Assembly (NCBI GenBank): GCA_012799825.1
Contig: JAAZKK010000016.1
Location: forward strand, 12,009 to 76,008
Source: Clostridiaceae bacterium
GTDB taxonomy: Bacteria; Bacillota; Clostridia; Saccharofermentanales; DTU023
Direction of reading: 5' to 3'
Length of the DNA stretch: 64,000 nucleotides
Under the pieces are notes generated by a model. It worked only from the letters and a program-made list of their open reading frames with translations. It did no database searches and was not told the DNA's origin. Of this stretch, positions 10,092 to 18,967 are shown piece by piece; within the stretch, counting starts at the first letter, position 1; each line of letters begins with the position of its first letter. Both the position numbers and the translations under genes were made by a program.

Positions 10092-11102
10092 TCAACCTTC
10101 GAATCGCTTAATTGCATCTAATAGTTCTTCTATTGCTCTGGTAATCACCTGATAAGACTCTCTTTTTACTTTTATGGTGACCCCCGTTTCTCGTACAACG
10201 GCTCTTTTCCCTTTAACCTCTTCAAGAGCCATGTCTATCACCTTTTTCTTCACTTCCTCTTCCTCTAGAACACCGATATTGCTTAGGATATAATCCGCAG
10301 TTTTCTCTAGCTGAATCGGCTCTTTGGCAAGAGCTCCGACAAAAATCCTGACAATTGGCGCCAGACCTTCGGCAACCGGTGAAAACCGTACAGCAACGTT
10401 AACTGTGGGAAAGTCTATTGACTGTCTAGTGCTATACTTGATAAACTTATCCCATGTTCCTGGCACATGGTAGGGAATGAGAATCCCCGTTATCAAGTAG
10501 TTCTTGCCTTTTTCCGACAAATAGTCGTTCAAAAGATCCTGAAGCAAAACCGTCTTTTCTCCGTCAGCATCATAGAGAAGAACCTTGGCATCATATGCAA
10601 GAAGTACGGGAGCAAGATCCGAATAATAAAGAGCACGGCACTCGGGTAATTTAGGAGCTTGATAACATATCTCCCCTCCGACTTTTATACAGGGAGGTTT
10701 ACTCTTGCGCCATTCTTCAGATTGGTTGTAATAATAACATCTCTTTTCCTGTAAAACATTCCCGGCAATGGTCCCCAAATTCCTGATCTGCGGCGACGCT
10801 ACGCAAAAGGCGCTGTAGCTAAGAGCTGGCATATGCTGGAGAATAACCGGATCTTTTGTAAGTTCAAAGAGAGTTACCATGGCGCCGATCAAAAGGCCGT
10901 CTTCTCTTTTCTCAATCGTCTTTAAGCTTGAAATGTTTTCAAGATCCAACAAGCATTCAGGTTTTTTTACGCCATACTGCATTAAGGGAATGAGATCTGT
11001 ACCCCCAGCTAGGATGGTAACGTTATCTCGCCGTTGGAAAAATTCTGCAGCCGTTTCCAAGGAGCAAGGAGCTTCATATTTAAACCGGTATCTTGAAATC
11101 AT
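10092..11102 (-). CDS. FAD-binding subunit of XO-family molybdoenzyme with extra four-Cys ([4Fe-4S]-type) insertion, HcrB-like
   Basis: ILAGGTDL and GTIAGNV FAD-binding (CoxM/XdhB-type) motifs. Insertion KRCYYYNQSEEWRKSKPPCIKVGGEICYQAPKLPEC has Cys at residues 122, 138, 146 and 155. 336 aa versus 294 aa for the other FAD subunit in this window. Confidence 0.75.
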   Translation of the reverse strand: MISRYRFKYEAPCSLETAAEFFQRRDNVTILAGGTDLIPLMQYGVKKPECLLDLENISSLKTIEKREDGLLIGAMVTLFELTKDPVILQHMPALSYSAFCVASPQIRNLGTIAGNVLQEKRCYYYNQSEEWRKSKPPCIKVGGEICYQAPKLPECRALYYSDLAPVLLAYDAKVLLYDADGEKTVLLQDLLNDYLSEKGKNYLITGILIPYHVPGTWDKFIKYSTRQSIDFPTVNVAVRFSPVAEGLAPIVRIFVGALAKEPIQLEKTADYILSNIGVLEEEEVKKKVIDMALEEVKGKRAVVRETGVTIKVKRESYQVITRAIEELLDAIKRFEG

Positions 11103-11125
11103 AATACCTTCCTCTCATTGTTTCC

Positions 11126-13414
11126 TTAATAAAAGAAATCCTCTCGGTTCCCCCCCAGAAGAAACACTTTTGCAAGAGGTGTCGGGAAGTTACTATTTTC
11201 CCCTGTGGCATTAGAAACCGCATTTACGATAGCAGGAGCAACCGCGACCGTGGAAAGTTCTCCAACTGATTTAGCTCCAAATGGACCTGTAGGCTCATAG
11301 CTGTTTTTAACAATATCCACATGAATTTCCGGCATATCAAGCGATGTAGGAACCTTGTAATGCAAAAGATCTGACGTTGAGGGCTTATTAGCCGTTTTAT
11401 CAATTTCAATTTGTTCCATTAGAGCCAAACCAATTCCCTGAGCAGTTCCACCGTGAAGCTGCCCCTTTACAATATCTGGATTAATGGCTGTTCCTACATC
11501 AGCTACCTGAATGAAATGACGAAGTGTAATAACTCCCGAAGTATTATCAACGGCAACCTTAGCCCAACAAACGTGAAAAGGCGCAGGGCTTCTATCAGCT
11601 TTATAGCACGCCGATCCTATGATAGCTGTGCCCTCCTTGCCGAATGCAATCTTGGCCATACATTCTTTCAAGGAAAGAAATATATCGCCCTCTGGAGCCT
11701 TGACAGTAAAAACACCTTTCTTGTGGGAGATTTTCTCCGGTTCAATACCGTAATACTTAGCCAGCACTGAACAAATCTTGTCTTTAGCATCAACTGCTGC
11801 ATTATACACAGCATTACCACCAACATAAGCCTGACTGCTGGCAAACGAACCTTGCTCATACGGGGTGCAGGAAGTATCCGCAGCAGTTACACTAATATCC
11901 TTGAGCTCCACACCCATTTCTTCGGCTAATATTTGACTGAAGGCGGTTTCGCTACCCTGCCCCATATCCGATGTTCCCGTGAGCAAAGTCATAGTGCCAT
12001 CATCATGCACTAAAACAGCAGATGAACTCATACCTTCATTATCCGTAGTACCTGAGGCGTGGCAACCGAATGCTACTCCCCAGGATTCAACGGTATTTGA
12101 GTCTTTCGGCAAAAATACTTCTTTATGATCAATTTCTTGCCTGATTTCTTCACCACGCTTTACGCATTCCCTGATAGCACAGCTCCGAACAGTGAAGGGA
12201 ACCCCTGGGAAATTCTCCCCAACTTCCACATGATTCATTAATCTGAACTTTATAGGATCAATCCCAAGCTTGCGCGCCATTTTATCCATCATAATTTCAC
12301 GGCATAAAGTAAGCTGAGGATTGCCATAACCTCTCATAGCACCCGCTACAGGGGCATTTGTATAAACAGAAAATGCTTCGAAATGGTAATGAGGTGCGTG
12401 GTACTGATACTTTTTGCTCATTGACCCCAAAACAATCGGAGTATGCGTACAGTACGCCCCTGAGTTCCCATAGACCTTAACATGATAAGCCAAGATACGC
12501 CCATCTTGGCTTACCCCAAACTTCAGCCTGCAGATGCAACTCATGCGAACACACGAAGCATACATCTCTTCTTCGCGAGTATTAATGATTTTTACCGGTC
12601 GCCCTACCAGTTTCGACAACAGAGCGCCCACTGGCTGGTTATGCAACTGTTGGCGTTGGCCAAATCCTCCACCCATAAATGGTTTGATTATCCTGACATC
12701 ATTTTCTCTCATGTTCAATATCTCAGCCAAGATCCTTCTATCGTGAAATAAAACTTGAGAATTCGCCCAAACTGTAAGCTTGCCTTCTCTGCTATAATCA
12801 CATATGCAGCTTACCGGCTCCATAGCTACATGCTGGACACTGGGTATATGAAATTCGTCTTCAAAAATATAATCTGATTCCTGAAATCCACGCTCAACAT
12901 CGCCCTGCTTCATCTCGGTCTTCTTAAATACATTCGACTTAAACAACTCCGGGTGAATCAGAGGTGCATCCTCCTTCATTGCGTCCCTAACATCAAACAC
13001 CGCAGGAAGCACTTCATATCGGACAGCCATTTTCGCTAATGCTTCTTCGCAAGCCTTTGGAGTAAGGGCAGCAACGGCGGCAATTCTGTCGCCCGCATAT
13101 AGCGGCTTAGCAGTGAGAATCCTTTCATCCTTTACATATGCAGGATATGGCGGACTGCTGCCACAATTAAACAGCACATCGGGAACATCTTCCGGAAGTA
13201 AAATCCCCAACACTCCATCAACCTTTTCTGCTTCTGTTTTGTCAATACTCGCAACCCTTGCGTGAGCATGCGGACTCCTGAGAATTTTCCCATAAACCAT
13301 CCCCGGCAAATTCAAATCATCCGTAAATTTAGCACACCCCATCACTAAAGAGAGGGCATCACGGCGGGAACAGGACTTTCCGACAACCTTGTACTCTTCC
13401 ATAGCAAACACCAC
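11126..13414 (-). CDS. molybdopterin-binding large subunit of XO/aldehyde-oxidase family enzyme (HcrA-like)
   Basis: 762 aa. FMGGGFGQRQQ and GAMRGYGNPQ family motifs, and C-terminal PFGAKSVGE. The start could be GTG 13414 or ATG 13402. Confidence 0.85.
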   Translation of the reverse strand: MVFAMEEYKVVGKSCSRRDALSLVMGCAKFTDDLNLPGMVYGKILRSPHAHARVASIDKTEAEKVDGVLGILLPEDVPDVLFNCGSSPPYPAYVKDERILTAKPLYAGDRIAAVAALTPKACEEALAKMAVRYEVLPAVFDVRDAMKEDAPLIHPELFKSNVFKKTEMKQGDVERGFQESDYIFEDEFHIPSVQHVAMEPVSCICDYSREGKLTVWANSQVLFHDRRILAEILNMRENDVRIIKPFMGGGFGQRQQLHNQPVGALLSKLVGRPVKIINTREEEMYASCVRMSCICRLKFGVSQDGRILAYHVKVYGNSGAYCTHTPIVLGSMSKKYQYHAPHYHFEAFSVYTNAPVAGAMRGYGNPQLTLCREIMMDKMARKLGIDPIKFRLMNHVEVGENFPGVPFTVRSCAIRECVKRGEEIRQEIDHKEVFLPKDSNTVESWGVAFGCHASGTTDNEGMSSSAVLVHDDGTMTLLTGTSDMGQGSETAFSQILAEEMGVELKDISVTAADTSCTPYEQGSFASSQAYVGGNAVYNAAVDAKDKICSVLAKYYGIEPEKISHKKGVFTVKAPEGDIFLSLKECMAKIAFGKEGTAIIGSACYKADRSPAPFHVCWAKVAVDNTSGVITLRHFIQVADVGTAINPDIVKGQLHGGTAQGIGLALMEQIEIDKTANKPSTSDLLHYKVPTSLDMPEIHVDIVKNSYEPTGPFGAKSVGELSTVAVAPAIVNAVSNATGENSNFPTPLAKVFLLGGNREDFFY

Positions 13415-13442
13415 TTAAACGTTTAATAAGCAACTCCAGGAA

Positions 13443-14879
13443 CTAAAAACCATACTTTTTCCAGCGATCCAACGCTTTTTTCTGCATATCCTCCGGATAG
13501 GTTTCCGCAAGGCTGGTCCTTATAGGCACTTCTTCCGCCGGCCAATCCTTCGGCCAGGTGCAGTCAAAATAAGCACGTGCTCCGCTTCTGTGCAAGCGTT
13601 CATGGCTATCAGCGTATGGAGTGTAACTTATGATGGGCGCTTTCTTGATTTGAAAAATTCCTTTACCAGGATGGCACTTGGAAGATAGTGCATGCAACAC
13701 CATTGGAAGATCAAACGGATCTACATTTTCATCCACAACGATTAGATAATACATAGAGCGCGAAGCTCTAACCGACCAAATAATATTTGCTATGTCAGTA
13801 GCCACATTGGCATAGGTCGTCTTCACAGAAACTATGGTCAATTGAAGGGCGCATTCCGGCGGTACGTTAACTGCTTTTACATCTATGCCAAAGTTCCTTA
13901 AGGCCTTTAAACACTCCGCCGCTTTGGTAATAGAAACAATGGAGTGCGAGTCTGCCAGAGGCATACCCTCATTGGAATACGTAAACACAGGATTATTTCT
14001 GTGAGTAATTGCAGTAACACGCATAACAGGACGCGGCAATTGGCCTGCTACACCATAACCGGTAAACTCTCCAAATGGGCCGTCAACCTCTCTCTCATGA
14101 GGCCTCATTTCTCCCTCAAGAACAATTTCAGAAGTCGCAGGAACCAAAATATCACTAGTTTCACATTTCACCAACTCAACAGGCTTACGGCGCAACCCTC
14201 CTGCTACATCAACTTCAGATACGCCAAAGGGAATTGGACTGGCGGAGCATATAAGACAAGTAGGTTCAGGTCCTATGGCAATCGCTGTCTTCATGGTTTC
14301 TCCACGTTCTTCACAACGTGTAAGCATTCCCCCAAAATGAGTAGGTGGATCAGCTGTAACACCAAGCCTTTTCTCATCAAACATCATACCGCGGTGCATT
14401 CCATAGTTCGTCCAAGTCGTTCCGTCCGGCTGCACTTCGCTGGAGATATTGAGATGAAACGTCGCAAAGAATCTTCCGCCATCACCACCATGGATGATAG
14501 GCGCTGGGAATTTTGTGAGGTCGACATCCTTGCCAAGTATAATATTCTCCTTACAGGGACCGCTTTTTACCACAACCGGTTTAATAGGATTTCTCGATCT
14601 CTTAAGATATTCTTCCTGCAATTCCGATGGTGGTGTATCGGGATCCATATCCATGGCAATAGCTACCCGCCGATGATTGGCAAGAATACCGCCAGCCATC
14701 TTATAATTCGAAGGATAATCTTTAATTTTTTCAAAATACGGTGCCGGAAGACGCTTTTCATGAGACGCACGAAGTATTGCACCCGCCTCTAAGTTCCAAT
14801 CGACCTCATCGGTCATCCGAACTAATTCTCCCTCTTGCTCTAGCTTGTCGATAAATTCTCTCACATCATTAAATGCCAT
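13443..14879 (-). CDS. UbiD-family (prFMN-dependent) reversible decarboxylase
   Basis: 478 aa. N-terminal DVREFIDKLEQEGELVRM and DGPFGEFTGY motifs are typical of the UbiD family. Confidence 0.85.
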   Translation of the reverse strand: MAFNDVREFIDKLEQEGELVRMTDEVDWNLEAGAILRASHEKRLPAPYFEKIKDYPSNYKMAGGILANHRRVAIAMDMDPDTPPSELQEEYLKRSRNPIKPVVVKSGPCKENIILGKDVDLTKFPAPIIHGGDGGRFFATFHLNISSEVQPDGTTWTNYGMHRGMMFDEKRLGVTADPPTHFGGMLTRCEERGETMKTAIAIGPEPTCLICSASPIPFGVSEVDVAGGLRRKPVELVKCETSDILVPATSEIVLEGEMRPHEREVDGPFGEFTGYGVAGQLPRPVMRVTAITHRNNPVFTYSNEGMPLADSHSIVSITKAAECLKALRNFGIDVKAVNVPPECALQLTIVSVKTTYANVATDIANIIWSVRASRSMYYLIVVDENVDPFDLPMVLHALSSKCHPGKGIFQIKKAPIISYTPYADSHERLHRSGARAYFDCTWPKDWPAEEVPIRTSLAETYPEDMQKKALDRWKKYGF

Positions 14880-14933
14880 TGCTAGTAAGCCTCCTTTTCA
14901 AAATCCATTTTTATACACAATTGCTTCAACCTC

Positions 14934-15422
14934 TCAAAGATCTAAGCTCTTAATATCATCGGCTGCTTTACGAACAGCTTTCTCTATATTGACATATCCA
15001 GTACAACGACAGATATTCCCGGAAAGGGCAACTTTGATTTCCTCATCTGACGGATCCGGGTTTTGATCCAATAAAGCTTTGGCTGACATTATCATTCCTG
15101 GAGTACAAAACCCGCATTGAACTGCACCTTCATCGACAAAAGCCTCTTGAAGGGGATGAGGTTTACCATCAACTGCCAATCCTTCGATTGTTAAAATATT
15201 CTTCCCATTCGCACGCATTGCCGGAATTTGACAGGAATTTACAGCCTTGCCATTCATTATTACAGTACAAGCTCCGCAAAGCCCCCTGTCACATCCCCGT
15301 TTTGTTCCTGTCAGTCCTAAGTCATCACGCAATACATCCAGCAAGCTGTCAGACAGGTCTACGTCTATCTGCCGTTCGCTACCATTAAGCTCAAACTTAA
15401 TCCTTATCCGCCCGTCTCCCAT
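14934..15422 (-). CDS. [2Fe-2S]-binding small subunit of XO-family molybdoenzyme (HcrC-like)
   Basis: 162 aa. GCDRGLCGACTV and CGFCTPG...CRCTGY cluster motifs. Confidence 0.9.
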   Translation of the reverse strand: MGDGRIRIKFELNGSERQIDVDLSDSLLDVLRDDLGLTGTKRGCDRGLCGACTVIMNGKAVNSCQIPAMRANGKNILTIEGLAVDGKPHPLQEAFVDEGAVQCGFCTPGMIMSAKALLDQNPDPSDEEIKVALSGNICRCTGYVNIEKAVRKAADDIKSLDL

Positions 15423-15500
15423 TGCTTCACCCCACCTTCAGGCGGGGGGACGCTCTCAGCATAAAGCACCAAGCAACACCCCCCACACCTTGTTAGGCTA

Positions 15501-16466
15501 TCAGACTTTAAACACTCTTTCGGCATTTCCGTGCATAATCAGTGCTGCCTCTTCTTCTGTGAACGTTGCTCCATATTTCTTGCCTTCTTCAGGTAGATTG
15601 CGGAAAATTTTTACCCATTGTTTAGTCAGTTTAATATCGCTTTCGACATGACCCATTTTATAGCTCGGCATATCTGTTCCAAACATAATTTTGTTTGCGC
15701 CAAGCACGTGTCTCATAGTTTTCATTTTGTACCAGAATTTTGGCATATCCGCTAAAACGTCACAGGTGTATTCCCTTTGCCAATCTGCAACATCCACATA
15801 CACATTAGGTTTACACGATGCAACAATTACTGCTTTTTCCCAGAACCAATCTGACGGATACTTGTCAAATCCCGTATGGCACATAATAATTTTCAAATCT
15901 GGCAAATCCCTAGCAATCTCTTCCACGTGAATCGGATCACCATATTTATTCAGCAAGCCTGAAGCGTGCTGAGCTCCGGTATGAATTGTAACCGGCACAT
16001 CAAGGTCAATACATTTTTGGTAATATGCATAACATATCGGATCATTTGCGTAAAAACCAGCAATAGGCCAGAAGCTAAGCCCTATTGCACCCCATTCCTT
16101 TACAGCCTTTTCAAACATTTTAATCCCGCCGGGACGCCTCGGGTCAATGCCAAAGAGGGAATATACTTTCCCTTTATAGCGTTCGGCCATCTCACATTGG
16201 AACTTATTGATATGTTCGATATCGGTAGGCGTGTCTCCGGGATAGGCTAGCCCTGAATCCACGGTATGTAGAATCACTGTATCAATATCGAATTCTTCAA
16301 CCTGCTTCATCATTACGCTTCCATCTTTATCCTGCTTATACCTATACCAAGCTTCCTCCAAGGAAACACCATACATGCCCTGAGTGTAAGACTCCACCCT
16401 TTGCACCGGATCCCAACCTACGCCCCAGTAGTGCCTGTGCGTATCAATTAATCTCGCTTTTGTCAT
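15501..16466 (-). CDS. amidohydrolase_2 (ACMSD/LigW/LigI superfamily) metal-dependent decarboxylase or hydrolase
   Basis: 321 aa. N-terminal LIDTHRHYW (HxH metal motif) and later IMCHTG and FGTDMP motifs, typical of the amidohydrolase_2 fold. Confidence 0.7.
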   Translation of the reverse strand: MTKARLIDTHRHYWGVGWDPVQRVESYTQGMYGVSLEEAWYRYKQDKDGSVMMKQVEEFDIDTVILHTVDSGLAYPGDTPTDIEHINKFQCEMAERYKGKVYSLFGIDPRRPGGIKMFEKAVKEWGAIGLSFWPIAGFYANDPICYAYYQKCIDLDVPVTIHTGAQHASGLLNKYGDPIHVEEIARDLPDLKIIMCHTGFDKYPSDWFWEKAVIVASCKPNVYVDVADWQREYTCDVLADMPKFWYKMKTMRHVLGANKIMFGTDMPSYKMGHVESDIKLTKQWVKIFRNLPEEGKKYGATFTEEEAALIMHGNAERVFKV

Positions 16467-16734
16467 AATTTGTGACCTCCTCTCCTATATTCAATATTTT
16501 TCAGGCAAAACAGAAAAGGTATTTCATTCAGCTATTTAAGTAATCCTGACAATTCTGAAAAACTCCGCTTTTACAATCGACTAATACTACTAAAACAACT
16601 AACAATCCACTTGTTTTTCTGTTATATTTGCCTATAATTAAACTAACATAAGCAAATTCTTGTTTCATCGTTGTCACTAATTAAAAATAGAATGTTTTAG
16701 TTGTGGATGACACACATGATTAGGATAATCAACA

Positions 16735-18288
16735 ATGCTACTTACCTTTAATAAACTATCTAAACACTTGGAAAAACAAGGATTCAAGGTTTACATACAT
16801 GTGAAAAAAGATGTGGTCTTACATGCGTCCGTGTTGATTAGTTCTAACTTAAACGCAGTCACGAACAACGTCGTTTATATAGGTACTGCCTCTTCTTTTC
16901 CTCGTACAATAGTTAACTCTCAGGACGGCTGTTATATCTTAATAGCTGATAGCGACACCCCATCCAAAAACAACCAGCCTTACTCACAATGTAATTATGT
17001 TCTTTTGCCTGCTGATACTGACTTGATGCAATTGTATAATGTTATTCAGGAATTTTTCATTAACGGCTCCATTATGTCGTCCTTTTCTGCAACACTTTTA
17101 AGTTCAATTATAAATGGTAAATGTTTACAAGATATCATCAACACAGCATATGAGTTCTTAGAAAACCCTATAACTTTGGTTGATAATTATTGGAAACTAC
17201 TTGCTTATACGAAAAATATCACATTAGATGATAAATATTGGCTAGAGCTTTCAAATAAAGGATATTACTCTAGCGAAACTGTACTTCTCATCACCAAGCG
17301 AAAACTCTTGCAGAAGCTAATAAATACCGACCAACCAATAATTCACACCTCAGGCGATACAGAAAACTACCGCAAAATGACAGGCAAAATAATGATCTCG
17401 CAAAGGATTTTCGGCTATATAAGCGTTTGGGAGTATAACAGATTATTTACCGAACAAGACAAGCACTTATTACAATTGACTTGCGGCGCAATTGGAGAAG
17501 TTATGCAAAAAAACGATTATTACCGTTATTCAAAAGGTGAGGCCTATGAATACTTGCTCAAGGATTTATTAGATATAAAAATCGAACATGTAGAGCTTAT
17601 TAACGATAGAATAAATTCTATTAAATGGAATTTTGGAGATACTCCTCATGTTTTGGTTCTTGATAACAGTTTTCCCCATACTAGTACAAGCTTCACTTAC
17701 AATGTAAGAATACATTTAGAGCGACTTATTCCCTTGTCAAAATCGGTTTTTTATCAGGACCATCTCATTTTTTTCTTTGACAAAAGCGCAAATACGAATG
17801 TACAGCAAGAGCGAATAGAACAAATAAAAAAGTTACTGCATAAAAACCGCCTTAAAGCCGGTGTCAGTAGCAAAATATCCAACATTCTTGACCTGTCTCT
17901 ATATTATACACAAGCGATAACGGCACTCGACTTGGGCAAGCGTTTAAATTTAGAGGAAGATCTGTATTTTTATGATAATCTGCTTATATATCATCTGCTC
18001 TCGAACTGTAATACGCTTGAACCTTTTTGTCACCAAGGCATTCTTGCTCTTGAAGACTATGATAAGCACAAAGATACAAGGTATTTTGAAACTCTCCTTG
18101 AATATTTAAAAAACGATAAAAGTGTATCCAAAACTGCGGCTGCGCTTCATATCCATCCAAATACTATGAGCTATCGACTCAAAAAAATTACAAAAATCGC
18201 AAATATCGATTTAGATAACCTAGAACAGTGTGCACATATTTTATTCTCGTTTAAAATGCTGGATTTGCTAAAAACACACAGAGATTAG
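16735..18288 (+). CDS. PucR/CdaR-family transcriptional regulator
   Basis: 517 aa. C-terminal HTH region LLEYLKNDKSVSKTAAALHIHPNTMSYRLKKI, typical of PucR_C. Divergent from the catabolic operon. Confidence 0.75.
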   Translation: MLLTFNKLSKHLEKQGFKVYIHVKKDVVLHASVLISSNLNAVTNNVVYIGTASSFPRTIVNSQDGCYILIADSDTPSKNNQPYSQCNYVLLPADTDLMQLYNVIQEFFINGSIMSSFSATLLSSIINGKCLQDIINTAYEFLENPITLVDNYWKLLAYTKNITLDDKYWLELSNKGYYSSETVLLITKRKLLQKLINTDQPIIHTSGDTENYRKMTGKIMISQRIFGYISVWEYNRLFTEQDKHLLQLTCGAIGEVMQKNDYYRYSKGEAYEYLLKDLLDIKIEHVELINDRINSIKWNFGDTPHVLVLDNSFPHTSTSFTYNVRIHLERLIPLSKSVFYQDHLIFFFDKSANTNVQQERIEQIKKLLHKNRLKAGVSSKISNILDLSLYYTQAITALDLGKRLNLEEDLYFYDNLLIYHLLSNCNTLEPFCHQGILALEDYDKHKDTRYFETLLEYLKNDKSVSKTAAALHIHPNTMSYRLKKITKIANIDLDNLEQCAHILFSFKMLDLLKTHRD

Positions 18289-18289
18289 T

Positions 18290-18736
18290 CTATGTCAGAT
18301 TATTACAGCAGTAATCATGTGTTAATGTTTGAATTAATTCTTCAATTATTTCCTCAAGCAATTCTATCACTATATTAATTTCTGAACTTGTTATCTCTTC
18401 AAGATGAATTCCACAGCTCACCACCACCGTCTTATTGAGCTTAGTTACGAGAGTTTCTGCCGTCTTCTTAGCTACAGTATCTTCTTTATGTCCTAAAACT
18501 GTTAAAACTGAAGTGGAGGAACTTAGTCTTTCAGGATCTGACAAACTCTTTCGAGGCAGGCTTAGCGCCACAGCTCCAATGTGAGGCAATTCCCCTCCAG
18601 TTATCACTACACACAAATCATTTCCTGCCATTACAGCTGTTAAGTTGATCTTTACTCTTTCTCTTGCTTTTGTAATTTTCAGCACTTTAGCCACCTCTAT
18701 AAGGAGTACAAGGATAATTGCAATTGTTTTCTTCAT
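18290..18736 (-). CDS. LpdD-like small subunit / prenylated-flavin chaperone of hydroxyarylic acid decarboxylases
   Basis: VVITGGELPHIGAVALS resembles the VVTGGTNPHIGDV motif I recall from Lactobacillus plantarum LpdD. The start is uncertain: the ORF opens at 18778, and MKKT at 18736 was chosen. Confidence 0.55.
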   Translation of the reverse strand: MKKTIAIILVLLIEVAKVLKITKARERVKINLTAVMAGNDLCVVITGGELPHIGAVALSLPRKSLSDPERLSSSTSVLTVLGHKEDTVAKKTAETLVTKLNKTVVVSCGIHLEEITSSEINIVIELLEEIIEELIQTLTHDYCCNNLT

Positions 18737-18967
18737 GATACCGTTTCTCTTCTCTTTTTTGGTGCGGCACGTATTCACTTCATGCTATTATCAATACCCT
18801 ATTAAGTTAAAAAGGACAAAACTTCGCTTCATATTATAATTGATTCCCTTCTCTAGATAAAGGTACAGCTCTATTAATTTTTGTGAGAACTCGATCACGA
18901 AAATGCCCAACACCTGATCCGGGCAGGCCTGTTTTGTGTAAGGAAGTAGTGGACAGCATTTACATTG

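Noticed and set aside
13944-14792. 282-aa ORF on the plus strand
   Set aside because: It lies entirely antisense to the well-supported UbiD gene. Its composition is Arg/Ser/Cys-rich nonsense with no motifs, which is typical of a shadow ORF.
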